Assembly (NCBI GenBank): GCA_030754595.1
Contig: JASLZZ010000056.1
Location: 19,805-83,804, forward strand
Length of the DNA stretch: 64,000 bases
Source: Nitrospinota bacterium
Lineage (GTDB): Bacteria; UBA8248
Reading direction: 5' to 3'
The translations under genes were made by a program, and so were the position numbers. The notes under the pieces were generated by a model. That model saw only the letters and a program-made list of their open reading frames with translations, was not told the origin of the DNA and searched no databases. Positions 37,468-49,280 of this stretch are shown piece after piece (position 1 is the first letter of the stretch; each line of letters starts with the position of its first letter).

Positions 37468-37608
37468 GGACCCACCCCCCTCCCTTAGGCGCGATGCGGC
37501 TTCCGAGAGGCGGGCGAAAGGATTGACGCTCAGGGCGGTTCCTGTAAAAATCGGGGATTATTGGCCCTTCTTAAACATATCCCACGCTTGTGCGCCGGCT
37601 TCCATTAA

Positions 37609-38664
<1,056 letters not shown>

Positions 38665-38695
38665 GGCCGCCGCCACAGGGGGAAACGGACCGAAA

Positions 38696-39919
38696 ATGGG
38701 AAACCTCACCAGCTCTATCGAGAACGGGACGCCGAAACTCGACATCGAGGAAATCGATGTCGCGGGCAAGCGCGTATTCCTCAGGGTCGATTTCAACGTT
38801 CCCCTCGACGATCAATTCATAATCACCGACGACACCCGGATCCGGGCGGTCCTGCCGACCATCAATTTTCTTCTCGACGAGGGGGCGCGCGTCATCGTCG
38901 GCTCCCACCTCGGTCGGCCCAAGGGCAAGAAAGTCGACAAATTCTCTCTTGCCCCGGCGGCGAAGCGGCTCAGCCGCCTCCTCGAGAAGGAGTGCCCCCT
39001 CGCGCCCGACTGCAAGGGAAGCGAGGTCGCGGCCATGGCCGATTCCATGCAGGGGGGGGAGATTCTCATTCTCGAGAACCTCCGCTTCCAAGAGGGCGAG
39101 GGAGCCAACTCGGATAAATTCGCCAAGGAGCTTGCCTCGCTGGCGGACATATACGTCAGCGACGCATTCGGAAACGCCCACCGCGAGCACGCCTCCATGT
39201 CGGCCATCACAAAATACCTCCAGCCCGCCGTCGCCGGCTTCCTGATGCTCAAGGAGGTGAATTATCTCTCCCGCGCCGTGAACAGCCCGATGCGGCCCGT
39301 AGTGGCGATTATCGGAGGCGCCAAGGCGAGCACCAAGATCGGCATCATCGAGCGCCTGCTCGGCAAGATGGACAAGATCATCATCGGCGGAGGGATGGCG
39401 GGGACCTTTCACGCCGCCCAGGGCTTCGAGATGGGACATAGTCTCGTCGAGGAGGACATGATCGACACGGCGGCCTCGATCATACAAAAAGCCAGGGAAC
39501 TCGGCGTGAACTTCTACCTCCCCTGCGACTACGTCGTCGCCGATAAATTCGAGGCCTCCGCCGAAACCAAGGTGGTCCCCGCCCAGGAGGTACCCAGGGA
39601 GTGGCACGCCCTCGACATCGGTCCGGCGAGCACCACCCTCTTCGCCGAGGCCCTTCAGGACGCGAAAACCATCATATGGAACGGCCCGATGGGCGTCTTC
39701 GAGGCGGACGCCTTCAGCCGGGGAACCTATGCGATGGTCAACCACGTGGCCAACTCTTACGCCCTCACCATCGTGGGCGGGGGCGACACCGATGTGGCCG
39801 TGCATAAGGCCGGCGAATCGCGGAGAATCTCTTACATCTCCACTGGCGGAGGCGCATTCCTCGAGTTGCTCGAAGGGAAGGAGCTCCCCGGCCTTACCTC
39901 GCTAACCGACCAGAAATAA
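38696..39919 (+). CDS. pgk: Phosphoglycerate kinase
   Basis: RVDFNVP, SHLGRP, WNGPMGVFE, STGGGA. Confidence 0.98.
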   Translation: MGNLTSSIENGTPKLDIEEIDVAGKRVFLRVDFNVPLDDQFIITDDTRIRAVLPTINFLLDEGARVIVGSHLGRPKGKKVDKFSLAPAAKRLSRLLEKECPLAPDCKGSEVAAMADSMQGGEILILENLRFQEGEGANSDKFAKELASLADIYVSDAFGNAHREHASMSAITKYLQPAVAGFLMLKEVNYLSRAVNSPMRPVVAIIGGAKASTKIGIIERLLGKMDKIIIGGGMAGTFHAAQGFEMGHSLVEEDMIDTAASIIQKARELGVNFYLPCDYVVADKFEASAETKVVPAQEVPREWHALDIGPASTTLFAEALQDAKTIIWNGPMGVFEADAFSRGTYAMVNHVANSYALTIVGGGDTDVAVHKAGESRRISYISTGGGAFLELLEGKELPGLTSLTDQK

Positions 39920-39956
39920 CGGACCGCTATCCCCTGTTTACGAAACGGGAGCCTTG

Positions 39957-40739
<783 letters not shown>

Positions 40740-40783
40740 CCTTTGCGTATTTAAATAATAATCAAGGAGTTAATAGCGATAAC

Positions 40784-41134
40784 ATGAGCATATTTCTCAC
40801 TGTCGTCCATATCCTCGCCGCCGTTTCTCTGATCCTTTTCGTACTCCTTCAGGCCGGAAAAGGCGGCGGCATCGGCGCCGCCTTCGGCGGGGGATCGAGC
40901 GACACCCTTTTCGGTTCGAGCGGCCCCGCCGGAATACTGGGGAAACTGACCACCGGCGCGGCTATCCTTTTCATGGCGACCTCGTTGCTGCTCTCCTTTT
41001 TCGGAGCGCGCAGCCAGACCGGCTCTCTCGTCCCGGACGCGCCCGTCCGTCCACTGACCCAAAGCAGCGCTCCCGCCAAACCGGGCGCCGCCGCCCCCCA
41101 GCAGAGCCCAGAGACCGGAAAACCAGGCTCCTGA
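40784..41134 (+). CDS. secG: Preprotein translocase subunit SecG
   Basis: VLLQAGKGGGIGAAFGG, two TM, canonical position after tpiA. Confidence 0.95.
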   Translation: MSIFLTVVHILAAVSLILFVLLQAGKGGGIGAAFGGGSSDTLFGSSGPAGILGKLTTGAAILFMATSLLLSFFGARSQTGSLVPDAPVRPLTQSSAPAKPGAAAPQQSPETGKPGS

Positions 41135-41165
41135 CAGCCACATCTTCGCCTCACGGGGGCAATGG

Positions 41166-43241
41166 ATGACCATTAAACGGCTCCTCGTTTTTCTTCCCCT
41201 TCTCGTCACCGTGATTCTTCTCCAGTCCTACTTCTGGGTCCCCACCTTCAGCGACCAGGTGAAGGGAAGCGACCGGCGGCTCTCCCAGTACATCTCGGGC
41301 TCGATCGGCGACGCCCAGATTCTAAACCCCATCCTTCATGCGGATACCACGAGCGGCGCCATCGTGGACCAAGTTTTCGATGGCCTCATCGACCGGGACA
41401 AAAACCTCAGGTTCAGGGGTAGGCTGGCCACCTCATGGCGAATCTACGAGGAGACCTTTTTCGCCCCGCGGCCGGACGGGCCCACGGCCGAGGCGCTCCG
41501 GGACCTTATCCGGGCGGCGGTCTCGGCCAAAAGCGTCCCCTGGGCGAATGAGGTCACCGGGGTTGAAATCGCCGCCGCCGCCAGTGAGAAAGTCTCGATT
41601 TTCCTCCCCCCCGCCAAAAAGGGCCAGAAACCCCGGCGCGAGGCCGTGACCCTCGCCTACCCGGCGAGGGTGAAGGTGACGCTCAAGAGCGTGGATCAGG
41701 ATTTCTTCAAGAAATTAATAATCCTGCTGGGGCAGGACGCCTTCGCGGACGACCCCGCGCCTTATCTCCCCGAGGGGCTGGACGAGCGCGTAAAAAAAGC
41801 CGCGCTCGGGCGGGTCAACCTCACCGAGCACAACCCGGTCATCATTTTTAAACTCCGGCAGGACGTCCGTTTCCATGACGGCCACGAGTTCGACTCGGGC
41901 GACGTGCGCTTCACCTACGAGTCAATCATGAACCCGCGCAATCTTTCGCCCCGCGTCCCCGATTTCGAGCCCATTAAAACCGTAGAGACGCCCGCTCGCT
42001 TCACCGTGAAAGTCACCTACAAGCGGCTCTACTCACCCGCCTTCGGCACCTGGGGAATGCAAATACTTCCCGAGCACCTGCTCAACAAAAAGGCGCTTGA
42101 GGCCGAAGCCCGCAGCCTCGGCCGCGACCTTAAGAAATTTACCATGCGCGACAGCGGCTTCAACCGGAGTCCGCTCGGCACCGGAGCGTTCAAATTCAAG
42201 GAGTGGCAGTCGGACGAGCTCATCCACCTCGTGCGCAACGACGACTACTGGGAGGGCCCTGCGAAATACAACGAATACATCATGCGGATCATTCCCGACC
42301 CTCTCACGCAGGAGATGGCCTTCTACGCGGGCACGGTGGACAGCTACGGCGCCGGTACGCATCAAGTCGAGCGTCTGAGAAATGACCCGCGCTTTCAGGT
42401 CTTCTCGGGTCTCTCGTTCGGCTTCACTTACATCGGCTACAATCTGCGCCGGGAACCCTTCAAGGACGTGCGCGTGCGCCGGGCGCTGAGCATGGCGGTG
42501 GACACCCGGAAAATCCATAAATTTGTTTTATACGGCGAGGCCGAGAACATCACCGGCCCCTTCGTAAAGCAGAGCGAGCACTACAACAAACTGGTCAAGC
42601 CTCTGCCCCACGACCCGAAAGGGGCCGAGCGCCTCCTGCACGAAGCCGGATGGAAAAAAGCGGGCGGGAAATTGGTCAAGGACGGCAAGCAACTCGCCTT
42701 CAAGCTCGTCACCAACAACGGCAACGAGTCCCGAAAAGCCATCTCCCAGGTGGTCCAGGACGCTTGGAAGCGCATCGGCGTCAAGGTAAGCCTCGACCGG
42801 GTCGAATGGGCCGTTTTTCTTCAAAAATACATCAACGCCCTCAACTTCGATGCGGTTATTCTCGGCTGGCGGTTGGGGCTCGATCCGGATTTGTATCAAA
42901 TCTGGCACTCGAGCCAGACCAACCCACACCAACTTAATTTCGTCGGCTACAAGAATTCAAAAGCGGACGACCTCATCATCAAAATCCGCCAGGAGTACGA
43001 TCTGAAAAAACAGGTCGGCTTCGCCCACCGGCTCCACGAGATCATCTACCGCGACCAGCCCTACACGTTTTTATACGTGGGCAAATGGACGGCCCTTCTC
43101 GACAAGAAAATCGTCGTCGCCGAGAAAGGCGCCGGCGGCAAGAGCAGCTACCGAAAAATACATCCCACCCCGACGGGAAACTACACCTACGATTTTCGCA
43201 AGTGGCTCAAACTCCCCGTCAACCCCCGGTTCGAGGGCTAA
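41166..43241 (+). CDS. Peptide ABC transporter substrate-binding protein (family 5)
   Basis: LNPIL, LRQDVRFHDG, GTGAFKF, DVRVRRALS. Confidence 0.9.
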   Translation: MTIKRLLVFLPLLVTVILLQSYFWVPTFSDQVKGSDRRLSQYISGSIGDAQILNPILHADTTSGAIVDQVFDGLIDRDKNLRFRGRLATSWRIYEETFFAPRPDGPTAEALRDLIRAAVSAKSVPWANEVTGVEIAAAASEKVSIFLPPAKKGQKPRREAVTLAYPARVKVTLKSVDQDFFKKLIILLGQDAFADDPAPYLPEGLDERVKKAALGRVNLTEHNPVIIFKLRQDVRFHDGHEFDSGDVRFTYESIMNPRNLSPRVPDFEPIKTVETPARFTVKVTYKRLYSPAFGTWGMQILPEHLLNKKALEAEARSLGRDLKKFTMRDSGFNRSPLGTGAFKFKEWQSDELIHLVRNDDYWEGPAKYNEYIMRIIPDPLTQEMAFYAGTVDSYGAGTHQVERLRNDPRFQVFSGLSFGFTYIGYNLRREPFKDVRVRRALSMAVDTRKIHKFVLYGEAENITGPFVKQSEHYNKLVKPLPHDPKGAERLLHEAGWKKAGGKLVKDGKQLAFKLVTNNGNESRKAISQVVQDAWKRIGVKVSLDRVEWAVFLQKYINALNFDAVILGWRLGLDPDLYQIWHSSQTNPHQLNFVGYKNSKADDLIIKIRQEYDLKKQVGFAHRLHEIIYRDQPYTFLYVGKWTALLDKKIVVAEKGAGGKSSYRKIHPTPTGNYTYDFRKWLKLPVNPRFEG

Positions 43242-43244
43242 GCG

Positions 43245-44204
43245 ATGACCGCATATATCATCCGCACAGCCTTCTTCAAAATTATTACGCTCGTGATCAT
43301 TTCGATCATCAGCTTCCTGATCATCCACCTCGCGCCGGGCCAACCGAGCCAAATCGACCCGCTCAACCCGCGCTTCAGGAAAGAAGACATCGCCCGCTAC
43401 CGCGCCGCCTTCGACCTCGACAAACCGCTGTGGAAGCAATATTACCTCTTCTATAAAAAACTCGGCTCGGGCGAGCTCAAGAGTTTCAAGGACAATCAAC
43501 CCGTTCTGGGAAAAATATGGCGGCGGTTCATGAACAGCCTGCCCCTCTTCGTCGTCGGCACCATCCTCACCTGGTGCCTCTCGTTCCCGATGGGCATACC
43601 AGCGGCCTTGAACCGGGGAGGCATCTACGATCGAACGACCACATTTCTCTCGTATTTCTTCATTTCCTTCCCCGGTTTTGTTCTGGCATATCTGCTCATT
43701 CTCGGAGTCGCCGGTATGTTCGAGGTGCCCGTGCTGGGCATGCGGACTTTCGGGCAGGAAACCGCGCCCACCCTCTACTGGCTCAACGACCGCGTTTGGC
43801 ACCTGGTTCTGCCGAGCCTGCTGGGCGCAATCGGAGGCATTGCCTTTCTCTCGCGCTATGTGCGCGTGCAAATGATAGAAGTCATCGACTCGGATTTCGT
43901 GCGCACCGCCCACTCAAAGGGCCTTGACGAGAACACCGTCTATTATGTTCATGCGCTCCGGAACGCGGCGCTCCCCTTCGTCACCATGTTCGGTCTTCTT
44001 ATACCCGCCCTCATCGGCGGCTCGGTCATTATCGAAAATATATTCGCCTGGCCTGGCATGGGCCGGATGGCCTTCGAGGCGATTCTCGCGCGCGATTACC
44101 CGATAGTCATCAGCCTGAATTTCTTCGCCGCCATTCTCGTACTGATCGGCACCTTCTTCTCCGACATCCTCCTCGTCATCGTCGATCCTAGGATTCGCCT
44201 ATGA
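43245..44204 (+). CDS. Peptide ABC transporter permease (OppB/DppB-like)
   Basis: HLAPG, DFVRTAHSKGL, HALRNA, ENIFAWPGMG, RDYP. Confidence 0.92.
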   Translation: MTAYIIRTAFFKIITLVIISIISFLIIHLAPGQPSQIDPLNPRFRKEDIARYRAAFDLDKPLWKQYYLFYKKLGSGELKSFKDNQPVLGKIWRRFMNSLPLFVVGTILTWCLSFPMGIPAALNRGGIYDRTTTFLSYFFISFPGFVLAYLLILGVAGMFEVPVLGMRTFGQETAPTLYWLNDRVWHLVLPSLLGAIGGIAFLSRYVRVQMIEVIDSDFVRTAHSKGLDENTVYYVHALRNAALPFVTMFGLLIPALIGGSVIIENIFAWPGMGRMAFEAILARDYPIVISLNFFAAILVLIGTFFSDILLVIVDPRIRL

Positions 44205-45346
44205 CGACCGGGACGGATGCACTTCAAGGGGACGAGTTCGCCGAAGAAATTCTCAAACCCTGGCAGCGCATCGGGCGCAGCCTCCTCCAGGATCGCTTCG
44301 CCATGTGGGGCGCTGTAGTCCTCGTCTTTTTCTTCGCTCTGGCGATTGTCGGATGGTGGGTAACCTCAGGAGATGACCCCTATTTCAGCCCGAGCACCAT
44401 CCGGCTACCCGACCGCCTTAAACCACCCATGGCAAAGCCGAATCTAGAGGACGTCGCTCCCGATAAGCTTCCGCCGTTGGGCATCTACCCATTCGGAACC
44501 GACGAGCTGGGGCGCGACGTTTTCGCGCGCATGTTGGAAGGATCGAAAATCGCCATGGCGGTCGGATTCGTCGCCGTGGGAATTTCGATGATCCTCGGGG
44601 TCTTCCTAGGGGGCATAGCGGGCTTCCACGGAAACAAACACATCGGACCGGCCTCCCTCCTGGGCGCCATCCTCTTTCCCGTTGCCGGTGGATTTTTATT
44701 CAGCGAAATTTCCTGGTGGATACTATTTCCGCTCGAGGGCGCGCTCTTGTTCATCGGGGTCGTTCTGGGCATGTGGGTCGAATCCTTGCCCGCGTTCGGC
44801 TTTCTCAAACGGCATCCCATCGTCAACGTAGACACTATTTTTATCGTCCTCGTGGACGTCCAGCTTTCTTTTCCGACCTTTTTCCTCATCCTCACGGCCA
44901 TCGCCGTTTTACCGCCCAGCATCTGGAACATCATGGTCGTCATCGGCATCACGGGCTGGGTGGGCCCGGCCAGGTTCGTGCGCGCCGAGATTCTCTCGCT
45001 CAAAGAGCGCCCCTTTATCGAGGCTGCCCGGGCCATTGGCGCAAAAGATATGCGCCTCATCATTATCCACCTTGTGCCGAACTCGCTGGCCGCCGTTCTC
45101 GTTTCGGTCACCATCGGCGTTCCCTTGGCCATTCTCTCCGAGGCGGGTCTGAGCTTCCTGGGCTTCGGGGTGCCGCCGCCCGACGCTTCATGGGGGAACA
45201 TCCTCTCGGACGGGCGAAAATTTCTCTTCGACGCCCCCTGGCTGATGTTCATACCGGGCTTTGCCATCCTCATCGTCGTCCTCGCCTTCAACCTCTTCGG
45301 CGAGGGACTGCGCGACGCCCTGAACCCGCGCACCCGGCCCGAATAG
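44201..45346 (+). CDS. Peptide ABC transporter permease (OppC/DppC-like)
   Basis: FGTDELGRD, FIEAARAIGA, EAGLSFLGFG, GEGLRDALNP. Confidence 0.92.
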   Translation: MTTGTDALQGDEFAEEILKPWQRIGRSLLQDRFAMWGAVVLVFFFALAIVGWWVTSGDDPYFSPSTIRLPDRLKPPMAKPNLEDVAPDKLPPLGIYPFGTDELGRDVFARMLEGSKIAMAVGFVAVGISMILGVFLGGIAGFHGNKHIGPASLLGAILFPVAGGFLFSEISWWILFPLEGALLFIGVVLGMWVESLPAFGFLKRHPIVNVDTIFIVLVDVQLSFPTFFLILTAIAVLPPSIWNIMVVIGITGWVGPARFVRAEILSLKERPFIEAARAIGAKDMRLIIIHLVPNSLAAVLVSVTIGVPLAILSEAGLSFLGFGVPPPDASWGNILSDGRKFLFDAPWLMFIPGFAILIVVLAFNLFGEGLRDALNPRTRPE

Positions 45347-45463
45347 GTCTTCCCAGACCGGGGCCTTGCGGACCGCGCAAAACCATCTCCCCGTACCCGG
45401 CGGGCCCCGCCCTGTGCACGACACCCGGCTGGCCGGTTTCTGGCGAACCAGTCCCGGTGAAAA

Positions 45464-45493
45464 TTGACATCCCCGGAGGCAAGGGGCTATAAG
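45464..45493 (+). promoter_or_regulatory. Candidate sigma70 promoter for tRNA-Leu
   Basis: TTGACA-18 nt-TATAAG about 20 nt upstream of the tRNA. Confidence 0.55.
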
Positions 45494-45512
45494 ACGGGGT
45501 CGAAAGACACCG

Positions 45513-45599
45513 GCCCAAGTGGTGGAACTGGTAGACACGCAGGCTTGAGGTGCCTGTGGGGGAAACCCTGTGGAGGTTCGAGTCCTCTCTTGGGCACCA
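45513..45599 (+). tRNA. tRNA-Leu (anticodon GAG)
   Basis: Acceptor GCCCAAG/CTTGGGC+ACCA, anticodon stem CAGGC-TTGAGGT-GCCTG, long variable arm, GGTTCGAGTCC T arm. Confidence 0.97.
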
Positions 45600-45606
45600 G
45601 GAAAAC

Positions 45607-45649
45607 AAAAGGCCGCGGAGGAGACATCCCTCGCGGCCTTTTTTCTTTT
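45607..45649. terminator. Probable bidirectional rho-independent terminator
   Basis: AAAAGGCCGCG...CGCGGCCTTTT with T tract, between the tRNA and a convergent small ORF. Confidence 0.8.
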
Positions 45650-45718
45650 GAAAAGAAACTTATTTCAGGTACGCAATAACCGAATCGGCGCCACGCGCGC
45701 CGCACCGGAGGTGCCGAC

Positions 45719-45913
45719 CTAGACGGCGATGTCGATTCCGTTCGGACTTTGAATCTCGTTCGCGGCGGAGAGGACGGCCAAAAGTCTCTCGTCCGCCAAT
45801 TGATGTCTGGCCGTGAGCTGAGCCACGTTGGATCGCGCGTTCGCTATGGCCCCTACGGTCTGCGGGGGCCTCTGGTGTTTTGCGACGGCAAGAATGAGGT
45901 TTGCATCGGCCAC
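45719..45913 (-). CDS. Small hypothetical protein (64 aa)
   Basis: Strong GGAGGAGGAG RBS before GTG; upstream A/T-rich promoter-like region. Confidence 0.5.
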   Translation of the reverse strand: MADANLILAVAKHQRPPQTVGAIANARSNVAQLTARHQLADERLLAVLSAANEIQSPNGIDIAV

Positions 45914-46134
45914 GGCAACTCCTCCTCCCTGAGGAGATGACCTTTTTTTGTGCGTAATTTCATAATTTCGCGCCCCTCGGTCGCATAAGCGTTAGCCCAC
46001 TTATAGTCTTATCGGAAGCCCTCCCAAAAAAATGAGTTCAAATTTCAGATAACCGTTTGAAATCTATACAAAAACCGCGGGGGATGAATAATCCTCCGCG
46101 ACTATTTTTTCTTATTGGATGAGTGCGGACCAGC

Positions 46135-46719
46135 CTAACCTTCCCCTTCCTCCGGCGCCTCGGCGCCCTTGGGGTCTTCGCCTTCCTCGCTCTCCTCGGG
46201 CTTGGGCCGGGGGGCGTGGTAGCGGCGCCACTCCTGCCCGTAGGCGAGGGTCGTGAGATTGGTCATCCGGTCGATGAAAAGAACGCCATCGAGGTGGTCA
46301 CCCTCATGCTGGGCAACGCGGGCGGGGAAGTCCTCGAACTCGACAGCGTATTTTTTCCCGTCCCGGTCATGAGCGTCGAGGCGGATTTTCACGTGGCGCG
46401 GCACCATGCCGTGGATGTCGGGGACGGATAGGCAGCCCTCCCAGCCCTCACTCATCTCCTCGGAAAGCGGGGTGATCACCGGGTTCACCGCCACGCGCAG
46501 ACTCTCCTCGTCCGCCGGGTCGGGCCGTATGATGAAGATGCGCAGGCCGAAGTGGACCTGGGGAGCGGCAAGACCGATTCCGGCATACTCGTCCATGGTC
46601 TCGAGCATTTCGTCCACCAACGACTTGAGCTCGGCGCTCCGGAGCGCGTTTTGAGGAATCTCCTCGGCGAGCTGGCGCAGGACCGGATGCCCCATCCGCG
46701 CGACTTTTAAAATAGCCAT
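46135..46719 (-). CDS. def: Peptide deformylase
   Basis: GIGLAAPQ, EGCLS, QHEGDHLDG. Confidence 0.95.
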   Translation of the reverse strand: MAILKVARMGHPVLRQLAEEIPQNALRSAELKSLVDEMLETMDEYAGIGLAAPQVHFGLRIFIIRPDPADEESLRVAVNPVITPLSEEMSEGWEGCLSVPDIHGMVPRHVKIRLDAHDRDGKKYAVEFEDFPARVAQHEGDHLDGVLFIDRMTNLTTLAYGQEWRRYHAPRPKPEESEEGEDPKGAEAPEEGEG

Positions 46720-46765
46720 CGAACAAAATCCTTATAAATAACTGAATATTATGATGAAATCCGAA

Positions 46766-47482
46766 TCATCCCAGTTCCCGGAACCAGGCCGCCAGGGCGT
46801 CAGTGTCCGCAATTTCCTCGAGCGAGTCCACCACCCGGTCGGCCCCGGAGAGCGCTTCCCGGGGAAAGCTGTTCGTCACTGCCAGAACGCGCATCCCCGC
46901 CGCCCGTCCCGAGCCGACGCCCGCCACCGAGTCCTCTAAAACAAGGCAGGCCTCCGGCAAGACCAAGCCACCGCTGGGCCGGATTTTCACGGAGAGCGCT
47001 TCGTTGATTCGGCCCAGCGCCGTGAGAAAACTTTCGGGGTCCGGCTTTCCCCGCCCGACCATCTCGGCCGACACGATGGGCCCGAAACAATCGAGCAGCC
47101 CTGCCCCCTCGAGAACGGGCCGAATCTCCCCCTCCAGCGCCCCGCTCGCGACGGCCATCGGCCAGCGCGCCGAGGCGGCGCGGATCAACTCCGCCGCTCC
47201 GGGCAGGATCCGGGGGCTAGCCCCGAGGGCCTCGTAGTGCGCCTCCTTCACCTCGAGCAAGCGCTCGAAGCGAGCGGGCTCCACCTCCGCCCCCCGGTCG
47301 GCCAGGAACGCCCGGACCATCGTACGGTCGTCGAAGGCCAGATATCGATCCCTGTACTGCGCTTCGGTGAGTTCGAGGCCCAGTTCTTCCGAGAAAGTCC
47401 GCTGAAACGCGGCCAGGTGGAACGGTTCGCTGTCCGCAATCGTTCCGTCGAAGTCGAATATGAGAGCCTCGAGATCGGCCAC
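46766..47482 (-). CDS. HAD family phosphatase
   Basis: IFDFDGTI, GKPDP, LEDS..G. Confidence 0.9.
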   Translation of the reverse strand: MADLEALIFDFDGTIADSEPFHLAAFQRTFSEELGLELTEAQYRDRYLAFDDRTMVRAFLADRGAEVEPARFERLLEVKEAHYEALGASPRILPGAAELIRAASARWPMAVASGALEGEIRPVLEGAGLLDCFGPIVSAEMVGRGKPDPESFLTALGRINEALSVKIRPSGGLVLPEACLVLEDSVAGVGSGRAAGMRVLAVTNSFPREALSGADRVVDSLEEIADTDALAAWFRELG

Positions 47483-47486
47483 GACG

Positions 47487-48251
47487 CTAGACCCAGCCGC
47501 CTCCGTCCTCGAAAACGTTCACGCCGGTGATGTAGTCCGAGGCGTCCGAGGCCAGAAAAACGCAAAGGCCCGCGATATCCTCGGGCTCACCCATCCGGCC
47601 GAGAACGATTTTCTCCTTCAGCCAGTCCTCGGTTCCGGGTTTCTCGAGGCCGGGCGCCATCATGGGGGTGCGGTGGACGCCGGGCGAGATACAGTTCACC
47701 CGAACCCCGAGGGAGCCCCACTCGACCGATAGGGAGCGCGTGAGGGAGGCGACCCCGGCCTTGCTCGCGTTATAGGCGGCCCGGGCGGGGCGCTGGGCGC
47801 GATCGCCGAGGAAAGTGGCCACGTTGACGATGCTTCCCTTCCCCCGGGCGGTCATGCCCTCGCCCGCCGCCTGGCAGCAGAGGAAGGTCCCTGTCAGATT
47901 GATGTCGATGATGCGCCGCCATTCCTCCTCGGCGAGCTTGAGGGTTTCATCCCCGCTGAATACGCCGGCGCCATTCACGAGCACACCGATGGGCCCTAGG
48001 GCGCTCTCGGTTTCACCGACCGCTCTTTTAACGTCACCGGCCTTCGAAACGTCGGCCGGAACGGCGAGGGCCTTTCGGCCCGCGCCGGCTATCAGCTTTT
48101 CGGTCTCGGCGAGGGCATCCGCCCGCCGGCCGGCGAGGGCGACATCCGCGCCCGCCTCGGCGAGAGCCACCGCCATGGCCCGGCCCAGACCCGACCCGGC
48201 GCCCGTCACCAGGGCCACTTTGCCGTCCAGTCTCATTTTGTCCAGAATCAT
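47487..48251 (-). CDS. SDR family oxidoreductase
   Basis: TGAGSGLG, NGAG, YNASK, VNCISPG. Confidence 0.9.
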   Translation of the reverse strand: MILDKMRLDGKVALVTGAGSGLGRAMAVALAEAGADVALAGRRADALAETEKLIAGAGRKALAVPADVSKAGDVKRAVGETESALGPIGVLVNGAGVFSGDETLKLAEEEWRRIIDINLTGTFLCCQAAGEGMTARGKGSIVNVATFLGDRAQRPARAAYNASKAGVASLTRSLSVEWGSLGVRVNCISPGVHRTPMMAPGLEKPGTEDWLKEKIVLGRMGEPEDIAGLCVFLASDASDYITGVNVFEDGGGWV

Positions 48252-48445
48252 TCGATTCCCTCTGCTTTTTTTCGAAAACTAAATTAATGGGATTATTTTT
48301 TTGGAATTAAGCGCCTTAAGCTAGGGGATATACTGGAGAAGTGTCAACCACGGGCGGGGACGGACACCCCCGGCGGGGACGCAGCCACGTCGGAGATGCA
48401 GCCTCATCGGGGGCGTACGCTCCAAAAAAGGAAGACCGCGGAATA

Positions 48446-49156
48446 ATGAGCGAACCGAGTCCAGAAGGAGATTTCCACCTGACCCCTTCACCCGATCCTC
48501 CTTCGCACCTTTCACCTTCGCCCCGTCCCCCCTGCCCCCTCTGCGGAGAGGAAGCGGCCGAGCCCTTCGATGCGGCCGACGGACGCGAGTATCTCCACTG
48601 CCCCGCCTGCCGGTTGATATTCGTTCCCCAGAAATTCTGGCCCTCCCCATCCGAGGAGCGCGCCCGCTACGACATGCATCAAAACGCGCCGGACGATGAG
48701 GGCTATATCTCATTCCTGGAGACGATCGCCGCTCCCCTCGCCGACCGGCTTGCCGCCGGGGCCAGTGGCCTCGATTACGGCTGCGGACCCGAGCCCGTCC
48801 TATGCCGCCTCCTCGGGCAAAGAGGATTCAAGATCCGCCCCTACGATCCCCACTACTTTTCCGAGCCGCCCGAGGGGCCCTTCGATTTCATCGTCTCGAC
48901 CGAAACCTTCGAGCACTTTCGCCGCCCTCGCCGCGAAATCGAGCGCATCCGCGCCCTGCTCCGGCCGGGGGGGGTGCTCGGGCTGATGACGGCCTTCTGG
49001 AGCGAAGAGGTCTTTCGGGCGAACTGGCACTACCGGCGGGACTTCACCCATCTTTGTTTCTACCGGCGGGAGACAATCGAGTGGATCTGCGGCGCCTTCG
49101 GATTCGAAACGATCTGGTGCGACGAAAAGCGGGCCGCTATCCTCCGTCTTCTCTAG
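48446..49156 (+). CDS. Class I SAM-dependent methyltransferase with N-terminal Zn ribbon
   Basis: CPLC, CPAC, LDYGCG, ETFEHF, WHYRRDFTH. Confidence 0.85.
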   Translation: MSEPSPEGDFHLTPSPDPPSHLSPSPRPPCPLCGEEAAEPFDAADGREYLHCPACRLIFVPQKFWPSPSEERARYDMHQNAPDDEGYISFLETIAAPLADRLAAGASGLDYGCGPEPVLCRLLGQRGFKIRPYDPHYFSEPPEGPFDFIVSTETFEHFRRPRREIERIRALLRPGGVLGLMTAFWSEEVFRANWHYRRDFTHLCFYRRETIEWICGAFGFETIWCDEKRAAILRLL

Positions 49157-49280
49157 GCCGCCCGGATAGCGATCTCCGGGGGTCTGTGGCATCCTCGGTG
49201 AAACGGAGCCATTCTCGGCGCGAAGCCGCACCCGGCACGGAGTCCATCATTTCAGCGAATTTATTTTAGGGAGATACCCA

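Noticed and set aside
45513..46130. tRNA-Leu as an island integration site
   Set aside because: No integrase and no duplicated tRNA 3' end seen in the window
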